In this document: piece after piece, positions 50,182-58,848 of the stretch
Numbering within the stretch: the stretch's first letter is position 1
Layout: every line of letters starts with the position of its first letter
Translations under genes and position numbers: made by a program
The notes under the pieces: model-generated
Database searches by the model: none
What the model was told of the DNA's origin: nothing
What the model saw: only the letters and a program-made list of their open reading frames with translations
Virus record (IMG/VR): IMGVR_UViG_3300035180_002574
Span: 96,001-160,000 of that record
Reading direction: 5' to 3' (one strand)
Origin: a virus
Length of the DNA stretch: 64,000 bases

Positions 50182-50886
50182 TTACTTCTCCACAAACTTA
50201 TCTCTAATAGTGATTGTAACCGTTCTCTCAACATCTGGATTTTCGGCAGTTGCTTTTACTCCGCCAAATAATTTTTCAAGAAGTGTATCATATGATTCTT
50301 TTCCAATATCACTCTTCTTGATTTCTAATGCAGAGTTAATATCTTTTCTAGTTAGTTCTTCGTCTTTTGATAAAATGACTCTTTTTAACTCACTAGCCCC
50401 CATTTTTTGTAAATCATCTGGAGTTAAACGATATCTCATATGTAAAAGCTCTTCAATATAATTCAAGCTTCCCATAGCCGGTTGTGCTTCAGTATAATCA
50501 CCATCTAATTGCTCTACTCTCAACCCTTTATCAAGAGTAGATAATAATACACGGGCATTGCTATCTTGCCACTCTGGTTCTTTACCATAAATGGATTTTA
50601 AATCTCCAACAATAGTTTTTAGCTTATTAAGATTCTTTATCTTATTGGCAAATCCTTCAGAAATGAAGGCTTCACTACGATTATAATTTTGCAGCCCACG
50701 TCTTGGATTATATTCTGTCTCTTGATCAATTCTGCGAGTATCAAATGCCAATTTTTTGAATCCAGAGCCATTAATATAAGACTCAAATCCCTTTTTTCTA
50801 AGGAGCATACACATTTTTCTAGACGGAACATCTGCTGTCCCCCTAGTAATTAATGAATATAGATCCAAAACGGTATTTAATTTCAT
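50182..50886 (-). CDS. Hypothetical protein
   Basis: 234 aa, first gene of the downstream minus-strand operon; GGAG SD; KKLA motif. Confidence 0.5.
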   Translation of the reverse strand: MKLNTVLDLYSLITRGTADVPSRKMCMLLRKKGFESYINGSGFKKLAFDTRRIDQETEYNPRRGLQNYNRSEAFISEGFANKIKNLNKLKTIVGDLKSIYGKEPEWQDSNARVLLSTLDKGLRVEQLDGDYTEAQPAMGSLNYIEELLHMRYRLTPDDLQKMGASELKRVILSKDEELTRKDINSALEIKKSDIGKESYDTLLEKLFGGVKATAENPDVERTVTITIRDKFVEK

Positions 50887-50947
50887 GCTGTTTCGCTCTC
50901 CGTATACTTATCACAAGTAATGCAGTAATATTGTCATCCGCCCGCCC

Positions 50948-50975
50948 TTGACTGTATTTTTTTACGATATATTGT
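50948..50975 (+). promoter_or_regulatory. Sigma70-like promoter for the CCA gene
   Basis: TTGACT (50948-50953), N16, TATTGT (50970-50975); the predicted start site falls on or near the ATG at 50982. Confidence 0.55.
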
Positions 50976-50981
50976 GCGTGC

Positions 50982-52202
50982 ATGTCGTCTATTCACATAT
51001 CAAACGAAAAAATTAACCATTATGCAATTGATATTTGTTCCATTCTGCAAAAACACGGATACCAAGCCTATATTGTGGGAGGATGTGTTCGAGATTTGAT
51101 CTTAGGCAAGCAACCTAAAGATTGGGACATTTGTACCGATGCAAAACCAGAAAAAGTGATGGAATTATTTCCTAAACATTATCCCACTGGTCTTAAACAT
51201 GGCACTATAACTGTCGCCATGGCAGAAGGCGTTGAAAACAACTTTGAAGTTACTACTTTTAGAGTAGAGGGTAAATATACTGATGGTAGAAGACCAGAAG
51301 AAGTTTCATTTGTCAGTAATGTTATTGAAGATTTAGCCAGAAGAGATCTAACCATTAACGCAATGGCATATGATCCTCTAGCTAAGATAATTCTAGATCC
51401 ATTTTACGGTCAGCAAGATATAAAATGGGGATTTATTCAAGCGGTAGGTAATGCCAATGATAGATTCCAAGAAGATGGGCTAAGAATTATGCGCGCAGCG
51501 AGGTTTGCTGCTCGATTTGAATACATAATCGAATCAAAAACATTCGAAGCCATGTGCAATAACCTACCAACATTGGCAAAAGTCTCTGTTGAACGTATTA
51601 AAGATGAACTTTGTAAAACTTTAATGACCAACAATCCATACTTAGGAATAAAATATCTACAAGATTGTGGCGCTTTACAACAAATCTGTCCAGAAATTAC
51701 TCTTACTGAAGCTTTAGAGAAGTGTAAGGGCGGCTTAGAAACTAAAATTGCTTGTCTTTTCACTCATACAACCTTTACCATCGCTGAACGGGCAATGATA
51801 TCCCTTAAATTTTCCAATAATGAAATCAAAAAAGTTAAATTATTATTGCAACTTTTTGAATGGACAAGTGCCGACTGGAGCACCACAAAAGTTTATCGTA
51901 AATTTATGGCGTTTCTTAAGAATCAGGCACAGGAAGACTGGCAAGACATCTTAAGAGAATTTATACATTTGTCTGAGGCGTTTGGAAGGGACGTTAAAAC
52001 GACCCTTGAGGCATGCAAAAACGAAATTGTCTGGGCTCGCAAAGAAATGGCAATCAATGGCGATGATTTGATTGAACTTGGAATTAAACCAGGACCGGAA
52101 TTGAAAAAACTTTTGGATAGATGTTATGAAGAAATTCTAGAGCATCCTGAAAAGAACACTCTAGAACATCTTTCAACAATTGTTAAGACAATCTCTTTAT
52201 AA
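50982..52202 (+). CDS. cca: Class II tRNA nucleotidyltransferase (CCA-adding enzyme), no HD domain
   Basis: 406 aa; YIVGGCVRD...KDWDICT (DxD), EVTTFR, EDLARRDLTINAMA, RFQEDGLRIMRAARFAARF, SVERIKDEL, C-terminal INGDDLIELGIKPGP. Confidence 0.93.
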   Translation: MSSIHISNEKINHYAIDICSILQKHGYQAYIVGGCVRDLILGKQPKDWDICTDAKPEKVMELFPKHYPTGLKHGTITVAMAEGVENNFEVTTFRVEGKYTDGRRPEEVSFVSNVIEDLARRDLTINAMAYDPLAKIILDPFYGQQDIKWGFIQAVGNANDRFQEDGLRIMRAARFAARFEYIIESKTFEAMCNNLPTLAKVSVERIKDELCKTLMTNNPYLGIKYLQDCGALQQICPEITLTEALEKCKGGLETKIACLFTHTTFTIAERAMISLKFSNNEIKKVKLLLQLFEWTSADWSTTKVYRKFMAFLKNQAQEDWQDILREFIHLSEAFGRDVKTTLEACKNEIVWARKEMAINGDDLIELGIKPGPELKKLLDRCYEEILEHPEKNTLEHLSTIVKTISL

Positions 52203-52755
52203 GAAGAGATGTTGCTTGAGAATGGATTAGACCGCCATCAGGATCAGAAATGTCAAAAGCAGGACTGTTTCCTGGGGGACTAATTACTTCTACTATAGAG
52301 TTGACGGTTGAAGTAGTACTCAATACATCATTAACAAGTTGTGATATTCCTATTTTTTCTTCCAACTACTGAATACACCATTGATTCTTAACATTAGTTG
52401 TGCCGGCTGGCTTATAGATGCCTGCCAGAAATTTCATATGTGCCAATTGCTGACCAGTGCTAGAACGAGTTATTCCAACTCCACTAGTTGGTCTCGCGTC
52501 TCCTTCGAGACCTGTTGGTCAAATTGGACCCATAGCACCCATAGCACCACCACACGCACCAGTTTGTCCAGGAACACCAGTAGCCCCTATTGCTCCTGTA
52601 GGTCCAATAAATCCAGTTGGACCTCTCCTTCCAGTATGATCTTTAATTGCTAATGCAAGTAATAGATCAGTACCAATAGAACTATTAGAGGTTCTAATTA
52701 TTGGTTTTGGAATTGGTGGTATACAACAATATTTACTAGATTTACATGAGCGCAT
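52183..52755 (-). pseudogene. Decayed collagen-like gene with BclA-type C-terminal domain
   Basis: G-X-Y triplets interrupted by TGA (52519-52521) and a G>R change. Downstream fragments in shifting frames read SAIGTYEIS, VYSVVGR and IGISQLV...NSIVEVISPPGNSPAF...SLLIKRL, matching the BclA C-terminal pattern. Confidence 0.7.
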
Positions 52756-52832
52756 AGATTCCCCTATGTAAACATAATGAATAATTAATATAATTTAGTT
52801 GTAGCATACATTGCCTGCTATGATACAAAATG

Positions 52833-52858
52833 AAAAAGCCACCCGAAGGTGGCTTTTT
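52833..52858 (-). terminator. Rho-independent terminator after the capsid gene (symmetric, likely bidirectional)
   Basis: Minus strand AAAAAGCCACC-TTCG-GGTGGCTTTTT: GC stem, C(UUCG)G tetraloop, U tract. Confidence 0.92.
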
Positions 52859-52904
52859 CTTTATATTTTATCTACACGCTAACTAGTAGGTGTATATGTT
52901 AGGA

Positions 52905-53918
52905 TCAGGCGCCTACGACGACTGATTTCCTTCCGGCTGCGACACCACGAGGATTGACGATTGCCAAACCAATGATTTCGCTTACAACCCAGCCTAATTT
53001 AAGCTGTTTTGGCTCATCGGCAGGAAGCACTTCAATGTCCTGACGGATTGGCATAACTCCAACGAATTCTGGGTCGGCTGCGCCATATATCGTTCCAGGT
53101 GGAACGATCTTGGATACCATAATATCAGTACCCCAAATATGAGCATAAAGACCAGTTTGAAGAACTTCACGCATGGTGACTGGATCGAAATCACCGCCAC
53201 CAGTTCCTTGACCACCACCTGAACCCCACTTAAGGATATCAGTAAATTCATTGATGTTCATGAAGTACTTGGTTGTAACTAAGTCCCAACGATCGATTTG
53301 TTGCTTGATTTCAACAAGGTCTCTCTTCAAAAGACCGGCGTCAGCAATGTCAGTCAAGGTGTTTTCGACTGATGCGGCAGCGTCTAATGCTGCGAAGATG
53401 TTAGCATCTTCCTGAGCCATAATTTCTTGACGAGCCTTCTGAACAGCTCTGTCGATTACGTTGAATCTACGACGCTTGACTTCGGCGATTCTAACAGTTG
53501 GGTTTGCAAAGATTTCAAACTCTGGAACAACAACACGGTCACCGAAAACACGGGACTCTGGTCCTGTACCGTTGCTAGAAATAACAACTGCTGCTACGTC
53601 GATATCGCGATCGTAGGTTGGCATTGCGCCCTGTGGAAGAGGGTCTACAACAAGTGCTCTACGTGCAATTCCGTGGTAATCTAAGTTTCTACGGATTGGG
53701 TTTGCCATTGCCTGAGCAAGAGCAATCTTTCCATCCTGAGTCATAATTGCGCGAGAAATTAATTCATCACGCTTGTCGTCACTTAATTGAGGCTGTCCTG
53801 CAAGACCAATATTTGATGGCGCATTTTCTTCCAAAATTGATGCATATTTAACAAGAGTTGTTAACGCATCCTTCAAAGATGAGGCGTTCATTTCGCCTTT
53901 GCTATTGAACATATTCAT
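52905..53918 (-). CDS. Major capsid protein (HK97-like fold)
   Basis: 337 aa; AQAMANPIRRNLDY..IARRALVVDPLPQGA.P.YD, E-loop VVVPEFEI.ANP.VRI, QEDANIF, G..WGTDIMVSKIVPPGTIY, GWVVSEIIGLAIVNP; strong AGGAG SD and terminator. Confidence 0.88.
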   Translation of the reverse strand: MNMFNSKGEMNASSLKDALTTLVKYASILEENAPSNIGLAGQPQLSDDKRDELISRAIMTQDGKIALAQAMANPIRRNLDYHGIARRALVVDPLPQGAMPTYDRDIDVAAVVISSNGTGPESRVFGDRVVVPEFEIFANPTVRIAEVKRRRFNVIDRAVQKARQEIMAQEDANIFAALDAAASVENTLTDIADAGLLKRDLVEIKQQIDRWDLVTTKYFMNINEFTDILKWGSGGGQGTGGGDFDPVTMREVLQTGLYAHIWGTDIMVSKIVPPGTIYGAADPEFVGVMPIRQDIEVLPADEPKQLKLGWVVSEIIGLAIVNPRGVAAGRKSVVVGA

Positions 53919-53977
53919 AAATTTTCTCCTAAATGGATTATTGCCAGTCTTACCAGCTTAAAGAACTTACTTTAAAA

Positions 53978-54037
53978 GAGCGAGGGATTCCCGATTAGGG
54001 GATTGAGACATCCAGTCTCCTCCTGTCCCTCGGCAGG
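53978..54037 (-). other. GC-rich structured leader (three-way junction) upstream of the capsid gene
   Basis: CGAGGGA/TCCCTCG closes the GAGAC-TGGAT-GTCTC and TCCC-CTAATC-GGGA hairpins, in an otherwise AT-rich spacer. Confidence 0.55.
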
Positions 54038-54060
54038 ATTTTTAATTCAGATTACCCTAA

Positions 54061-54711
54061 TTAGGCAGCTGGTGGATTGAAGTAGAAGGTTGCGAAGCCT
54101 AATACTGCAGTTCCAAGAGCAGATGCTAACTTGCTTGGGGTGTTTACCAAAGAACCGTTGGTCTCGAATTCAACGAAACGTCCAACTACTGGAGCTGAAC
54201 CAACAGCGTTTACTGAACCAACTGGAGTCAAAAGACCCGTTGCGGTATAGGTAAGTGCTGCGCCTGTGTCAAGAGTTGCATTGGTTGGAACCAATCCGGT
54301 TGCTGCAGTGTCAACTGCATCAAGTGATACAGCGTACATACCTGGTTTTTCCCAAAGAGTTACTTTGCCTGAACCAGTTGCGGTGTGAGGTCCAAGAACT
54401 GCGCCGCCAGTTGATACCTGACCAACAGTTCCACCGACTACTGTACCGAAAAGAGTACCGTACCCGGAAATACCATCATCAGCTAACATCAATGGACGAG
54501 AGCTGGAGGTAAGAGTTCTAGTAGCTACGACTCTCTTGTTTGGATTTACATATCCATCAAATACGTCGAAAGCTGCTTTATCAGTTGCTGCACTTGCAAC
54601 AATAGACTTAAAGGTAAGTAATTCTCCACCCTTAAGTGTCAAAACTTCTGTATCAAGACCATCAAATTGACCTAATGGTTGAGTACCTGGTTGTAATAGT
54701 TTTAAAGCCAT
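54061..54711 (-). CDS. Capsid decoration / cement protein
   Basis: 216 aa directly upstream of the MCP; beta-tulip-like pattern (PLMLADD...SGKVTLW...LTYTATGLLT...VGRFVE). Confidence 0.65.
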   Translation of the reverse strand: MALKLLQPGTQPLGQFDGLDTEVLTLKGGELLTFKSIVASAATDKAAFDVFDGYVNPNKRVVATRTLTSSSRPLMLADDGISGYGTLFGTVVGGTVGQVSTGGAVLGPHTATGSGKVTLWEKPGMYAVSLDAVDTAATGLVPTNATLDTGAALTYTATGLLTPVGSVNAVGSAPVVGRFVEFETNGSLVNTPSKLASALGTAVLGFATFYFNPPAA

Positions 54712-54856
54712 TTTGTTATCCTATGAATCTTCAATGCTTATACAAGCAATGTTGTCTTACACCTAACTTACAAATTCAAGTAACATATTTTCTTATGCGT
54801 ATATTTAATGAAAAATATGTAAAACTTAAAAAAATATCTTGTTATGCCCAGATTTT

Positions 54857-56065
54857 TCAGCCACCTATCTGTTTTTTGATTTCATCTAGTTCTTCCTCAT
54901 TCATTTTCATATCTGGAACTGCATTACCCGATCCGCCTTCGCGGAAAGAAGATACTAAAGACTGCCCAACTACAGCTGCTTGACTCTGTGAGTCATTTAA
55001 TACTTTTATAATCTCATCTATGGATGAAATATATGCAGGAATTTCTGTAACAATACTCTCAAATTTATCAGCGAAGAGCAATGAAGTAGCTCCACCATAT
55101 AAATGAACTTGTTCTGCAAGATCGGTCACATATCCCGTATCTTTGGTAACCATAGCCTTATATGAGGGCTTGGAGAAATTAGCTTTCACTTGCATCATAA
55201 ATGGTCTAAAATAATCCAACTTCTTCTTCAATAATTGAATTGCTTTAGATGCATTCTTTGCCTTCTCTTGATTATCTTGCTCGAATAATTCTTTTGCATC
55301 TAGTGGTTTTTCAAGAGCTACAATGATTGGATACAGACGATCATACGTGGTCTCAAAATCGTTTAGGTATTTTAAGAACTTTGCCATGTCCGCTTTAACA
55401 TTATCCGCCACTTCAATTCCAAAACCATAATCTACAGTACTTGTCATTAAAGAAGTAACAGCATCTTTTAATCTGGCGCTATCTTGTTTAAAACCTCTAG
55501 ATATATTTGGCAAATGTTGCCAGGCATAAATTGCGCCAAAAGAGGCAGCAATTAATTCAGTAATAGCTAACATAGATAAAGCAGTCTTAACTAAACTTTT
55601 TCTTTGAGCGAAATTAACCTGTTCTAAACAGGTATCAGCTAAAACCATTAACTCGTCTTTGTTTTGATTGTCTAAATCATTGCCCAATCTTACAAGAGAT
55701 AGAATTAATTCTTGTTCAGCATATCTTTTATTAGTTAATTGTCCGGTTGGAACCTTATCAATAATGTTGAGAATAATATTTTGTCTTTCGATATTATTTT
55801 CGACAAGACCATTCAAACGATCATAAGCGGGAGAAAGAACAACTGAGTCTGGATGAGCATCCTCCATAATGTTCTTTTTATATTCCATACTTTTGGGCAT
55901 GTCTGGTTTAACACCATAAAGAGCCTCAATGTCTTTGATATCCAAAGAGTCAGCTCTTGGATTATTCTCTAACTTTTTCTTAGCTTTTTCAGGCGCATCT
56001 TCTGACACAAGACCTTTTTCTTGTGCAATTTTGATAAAGTTATCGAAAATTTCGCTTCTTCTCAT
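54857..56065 (-). CDS. Putative internal head / ejection protein
   Basis: 402 aa; KIAQEKGLV pro-region, VKTA followed by hydrophobic LSMLAITELIAASFGAIYAW, helical body. Confidence 0.5.
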   Translation of the reverse strand: MRRSEIFDNFIKIAQEKGLVSEDAPEKAKKKLENNPRADSLDIKDIEALYGVKPDMPKSMEYKKNIMEDAHPDSVVLSPAYDRLNGLVENNIERQNIILNIIDKVPTGQLTNKRYAEQELILSLVRLGNDLDNQNKDELMVLADTCLEQVNFAQRKSLVKTALSMLAITELIAASFGAIYAWQHLPNISRGFKQDSARLKDAVTSLMTSTVDYGFGIEVADNVKADMAKFLKYLNDFETTYDRLYPIIVALEKPLDAKELFEQDNQEKAKNASKAIQLLKKKLDYFRPFMMQVKANFSKPSYKAMVTKDTGYVTDLAEQVHLYGGATSLLFADKFESIVTEIPAYISSIDEIIKVLNDSQSQAAVVGQSLVSSFREGGSGNAVPDMKMNEEELDEIKKQIGG

Positions 56066-56113
56066 TAGACTCTCACCATGGTTAATTTACATTAATATGT
56101 TAGTATATGCCCT

Positions 56114-57196
56114 TTATTGCTTTTTTGCAGCAACATCGTCAATAAAGAAATCCACCATTTGTTTCTTAGAAACAAATTGCCTTGGTATGAAAACGTATGG
56201 ATCTCCGACGCTCATCCTATTGAAGAATACAATTTGATCAACTAAAGTATTGAATACGGGAGACGATTTAATTACATCCTCAACACCATCAAGTCCAGAA
56301 TATACCTCTTTGGCAAAACCAATTACCATATTTTCAATAGATGAGCGATCATTCATTACATGTTCTGCCCATTCAACACCCGACTGGTTTCTCTTAATGT
56401 CAGTATATCCAGGTCTCTTGGGAAATTTGGTTTGGTTGGTAGAAACCATTGCCGATTGTGAAGGTTCGGTTTCTTTAGAACCGCCAAAAAATGATTTTTC
56501 TGGTTTAGTTGGCTTGCCGCCCTGCAAAGAAGAATCTAATGCATTAGATCTTCCTAATAACTTGTTAGCAACATCACCTGCAGCCATTAATCCGGCAGAC
56601 GCTAAAACCGTTTTAAATATCCAACCAATAATAGTGGTGAATATTTTTATTGCTTTTGCTGAAAGCATTGTAGTAAAAGCAGCGTTCTTTATTGTTCCTG
56701 TAGCATGATATTCCATCACAGCCAACTTTAACATACGTGCATCGCGCATTCTCTGAGCAACTGATTCAATATCGTCCGCAGATTCAGAATCAGTTGGAGT
56801 GTGCGCTTGAGCAGCTTCTGTAGTAGCCGCATCAACATCTGCGGATGTTATTGGTTTCCCACTACCTAATAAGCTAGAAATTTTACTGTGAATGCTCTTT
56901 AAAATTGAAGCCACATCTATATGCATTATGACGGTCAAGAACCCTAGTAAGCGCCCTGTCCAAGTAAATCCTAATGCTTGAAATAAAGTGACAATAGCAC
57001 CCGGCGCAAGAAAATTGATAACACTATCAATTTTATTGTTTGGGTCTATATGACCAGACACATATGATTTTACTTTGTCAATTAATGACATAATAAAACC
57101 ACTCCCAGCACCCATTTTGACGAATTTATCGTCAGCAAATGCCTGGACAACCATAGTGTCTACATATAAACTTATTTCACTATTACTTGGCTTCAT
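56114..57196 (-). CDS. Putative internal head / ejection protein with hydrophobic helices
   Basis: Start ATG 57196 (TAATG overlap); VKMG and IKNA motifs each followed by hydrophobic segments. Confidence 0.5.
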   Translation of the reverse strand: MKPSNSEISLYVDTMVVQAFADDKFVKMGAGSGFIMSLIDKVKSYVSGHIDPNNKIDSVINFLAPGAIVTLFQALGFTWTGRLLGFLTVIMHIDVASILKSIHSKISSLLGSGKPITSADVDAATTEAAQAHTPTDSESADDIESVAQRMRDARMLKLAVMEYHATGTIKNAAFTTMLSAKAIKIFTTIIGWIFKTVLASAGLMAAGDVANKLLGRSNALDSSLQGGKPTKPEKSFFGGSKETEPSQSAMVSTNQTKFPKRPGYTDIKRNQSGVEWAEHVMNDRSSIENMVIGFAKEVYSGLDGVEDVIKSSPVFNTLVDQIVFFNRMSVGDPYVFIPRQFVSKKQMVDFFIDDVAAKKQ

Positions 57197-58839
57197 TATT
57201 TCTGTCCTACTTGTGATGTTGGTAAAGAATTCCATTCTCTCAATGCGCCATCCAATAGCATATTATTATCACCTGCGGTTCTCATATTAGATGTTAGGTA
57301 TGATAATTGTTCTGGAGTAAGTTTGGTTGATTGTGTTGGAGCCATGCCCCTTCCACCTTCGCCATATGTATCCATAATGTCTTGAAGGATTGCGTATTCC
57401 ATTCCAACAAGTTTTTTAAGTTCGGCTATCAATCTTCTAAAGTTTTGTCCAGGAGGGTCCTTGGTATAAAGAGTTGCAAGTTCCTCGGCAAAACCAGGCG
57501 TATTTTTAAGCGGATATGCTATTAGATCAGGGCGCTTAGAGAAATCATGTACAATAGCCATTTGAGAAAACACCTGATCGATCATTTGTTTTACTCTAAT
57601 TGCATGATCTCCAGTTGCATGAGCTCCAGAAGTGAAGCTTAAGTACGCCTCATTAAATTGTTGCATTCTTTGAAGATTGATATCAATTTCTCTGAAAGGT
57701 AAGTTGTTCATTATATAATACAATGATCCTATACCTGCACCTGCACCACCAGCGCCAGTGCCACCTATTCCGGCTCCGGCTCCGGCTCCGGGAACTGAAA
57801 TTGCACCGGTAATTGAACATACCTTTCCATCTGGTCCCGTATATTGAGACGAAAGTTCTTGCACTTTTCTTAAATAAAACCCAACGTTAGTTCTTTGTTC
57901 GGCATTGGTTTGACGCTGAATTAAATACTTAGCTCTCCAATATAAAGCATTAATCATGCTACAGAAGTTAACCTGTGCATCTGCCAACGGCAAATCTACT
58001 GAAGTAGTTCTTCCTGTTTTATCACCCTCAATTGGAATTTGGGTTCTAATTTTAATACCATTTTTAGAAAGCCAATTGTTTAAAGCGCCAGCATCTGTTA
58101 AATCGCCAGCAGTCAATTCTACCGCACCAGTTTCATATTTCTGGTTGGCAGGATCCAATATATAATTTGGTGGAAATGAATCTACTTGGATATATGCTGG
58201 TAAATCAGCAGGAGCTGTTCCAGGAGCTGTTGTTGGCGTAGCTGTAAGTCCAGTATCATAGTATTGGTTTGTTGAATTAATCAATTTACCAATCATAACT
58301 TGCAATACTTTATTGCGCTCGTTAAATGCTTTTCTCTGTAAATAGGCAAGATATTTTGTTACTTCGGGAAATAGCAACTTATAGTCGGCTTCACCAAATC
58401 GTAAATCCTTGTCTGCTCCACCTTCTTGTGTACTAACTTTAACGCCAAGAGAGCCGTATCTTCTTTGAACCATAGGGTTTTTTAAAGCTGCCCAATCTTG
58501 CATAGAATAAGCCAATCTCTGACCATCAATTGTGATTTTACTTTCTTCCAGATATTTAGCAAATTGATCTATATTTTGAAGATCTTTTACCTCTGGTCCT
58601 TTTTCTACACCACCTTCACCATAAGCTAAATTTGGCATACCATTTAGATTTTGTCCTAATCTCATAAACAGGAATTTAGCAATATCTAAATCAGATACTG
58701 GTTTTGGAGCCTCTGTTGGGGTTGGCAATGGAGTTGGAGCCGTCGTAGGAGTTGGTAATGGAGCTAGCTTTGCCTGGCTCTCCTTAATAATTCTCTCAAA
58801 CTCTCTCAATAATGCTGGATCTTTTGTAATAAAACTCAT
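57196..58839 (-). CDS. Putative internal head / ejection protein
   Basis: 547 aa; IKESQAKLA then a PT-rich linker; Gly-rich hinge GAGAGAGIGGTGAGG. Confidence 0.5.
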   Translation of the reverse strand: MSFITKDPALLREFERIIKESQAKLAPLPTPTTAPTPLPTPTEAPKPVSDLDIAKFLFMRLGQNLNGMPNLAYGEGGVEKGPEVKDLQNIDQFAKYLEESKITIDGQRLAYSMQDWAALKNPMVQRRYGSLGVKVSTQEGGADKDLRFGEADYKLLFPEVTKYLAYLQRKAFNERNKVLQVMIGKLINSTNQYYDTGLTATPTTAPGTAPADLPAYIQVDSFPPNYILDPANQKYETGAVELTAGDLTDAGALNNWLSKNGIKIRTQIPIEGDKTGRTTSVDLPLADAQVNFCSMINALYWRAKYLIQRQTNAEQRTNVGFYLRKVQELSSQYTGPDGKVCSITGAISVPGAGAGAGIGGTGAGGAGAGIGSLYYIMNNLPFREIDINLQRMQQFNEAYLSFTSGAHATGDHAIRVKQMIDQVFSQMAIVHDFSKRPDLIAYPLKNTPGFAEELATLYTKDPPGQNFRRLIAELKKLVGMEYAILQDIMDTYGEGGRGMAPTQSTKLTPEQLSYLTSNMRTAGDNNMLLDGALREWNSLPTSQVGQK

Positions 58840-58848
58840 TTACAATCC

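Noticed and set aside
780-54711. DGY motifs as ordinary DxDxDG calcium-binding loops
   Set aside because: Most copies lack the upstream D-x-D residues, so a canonical Ca-blade or EF-like explanation does not fit. The motif is kept as an open finding.
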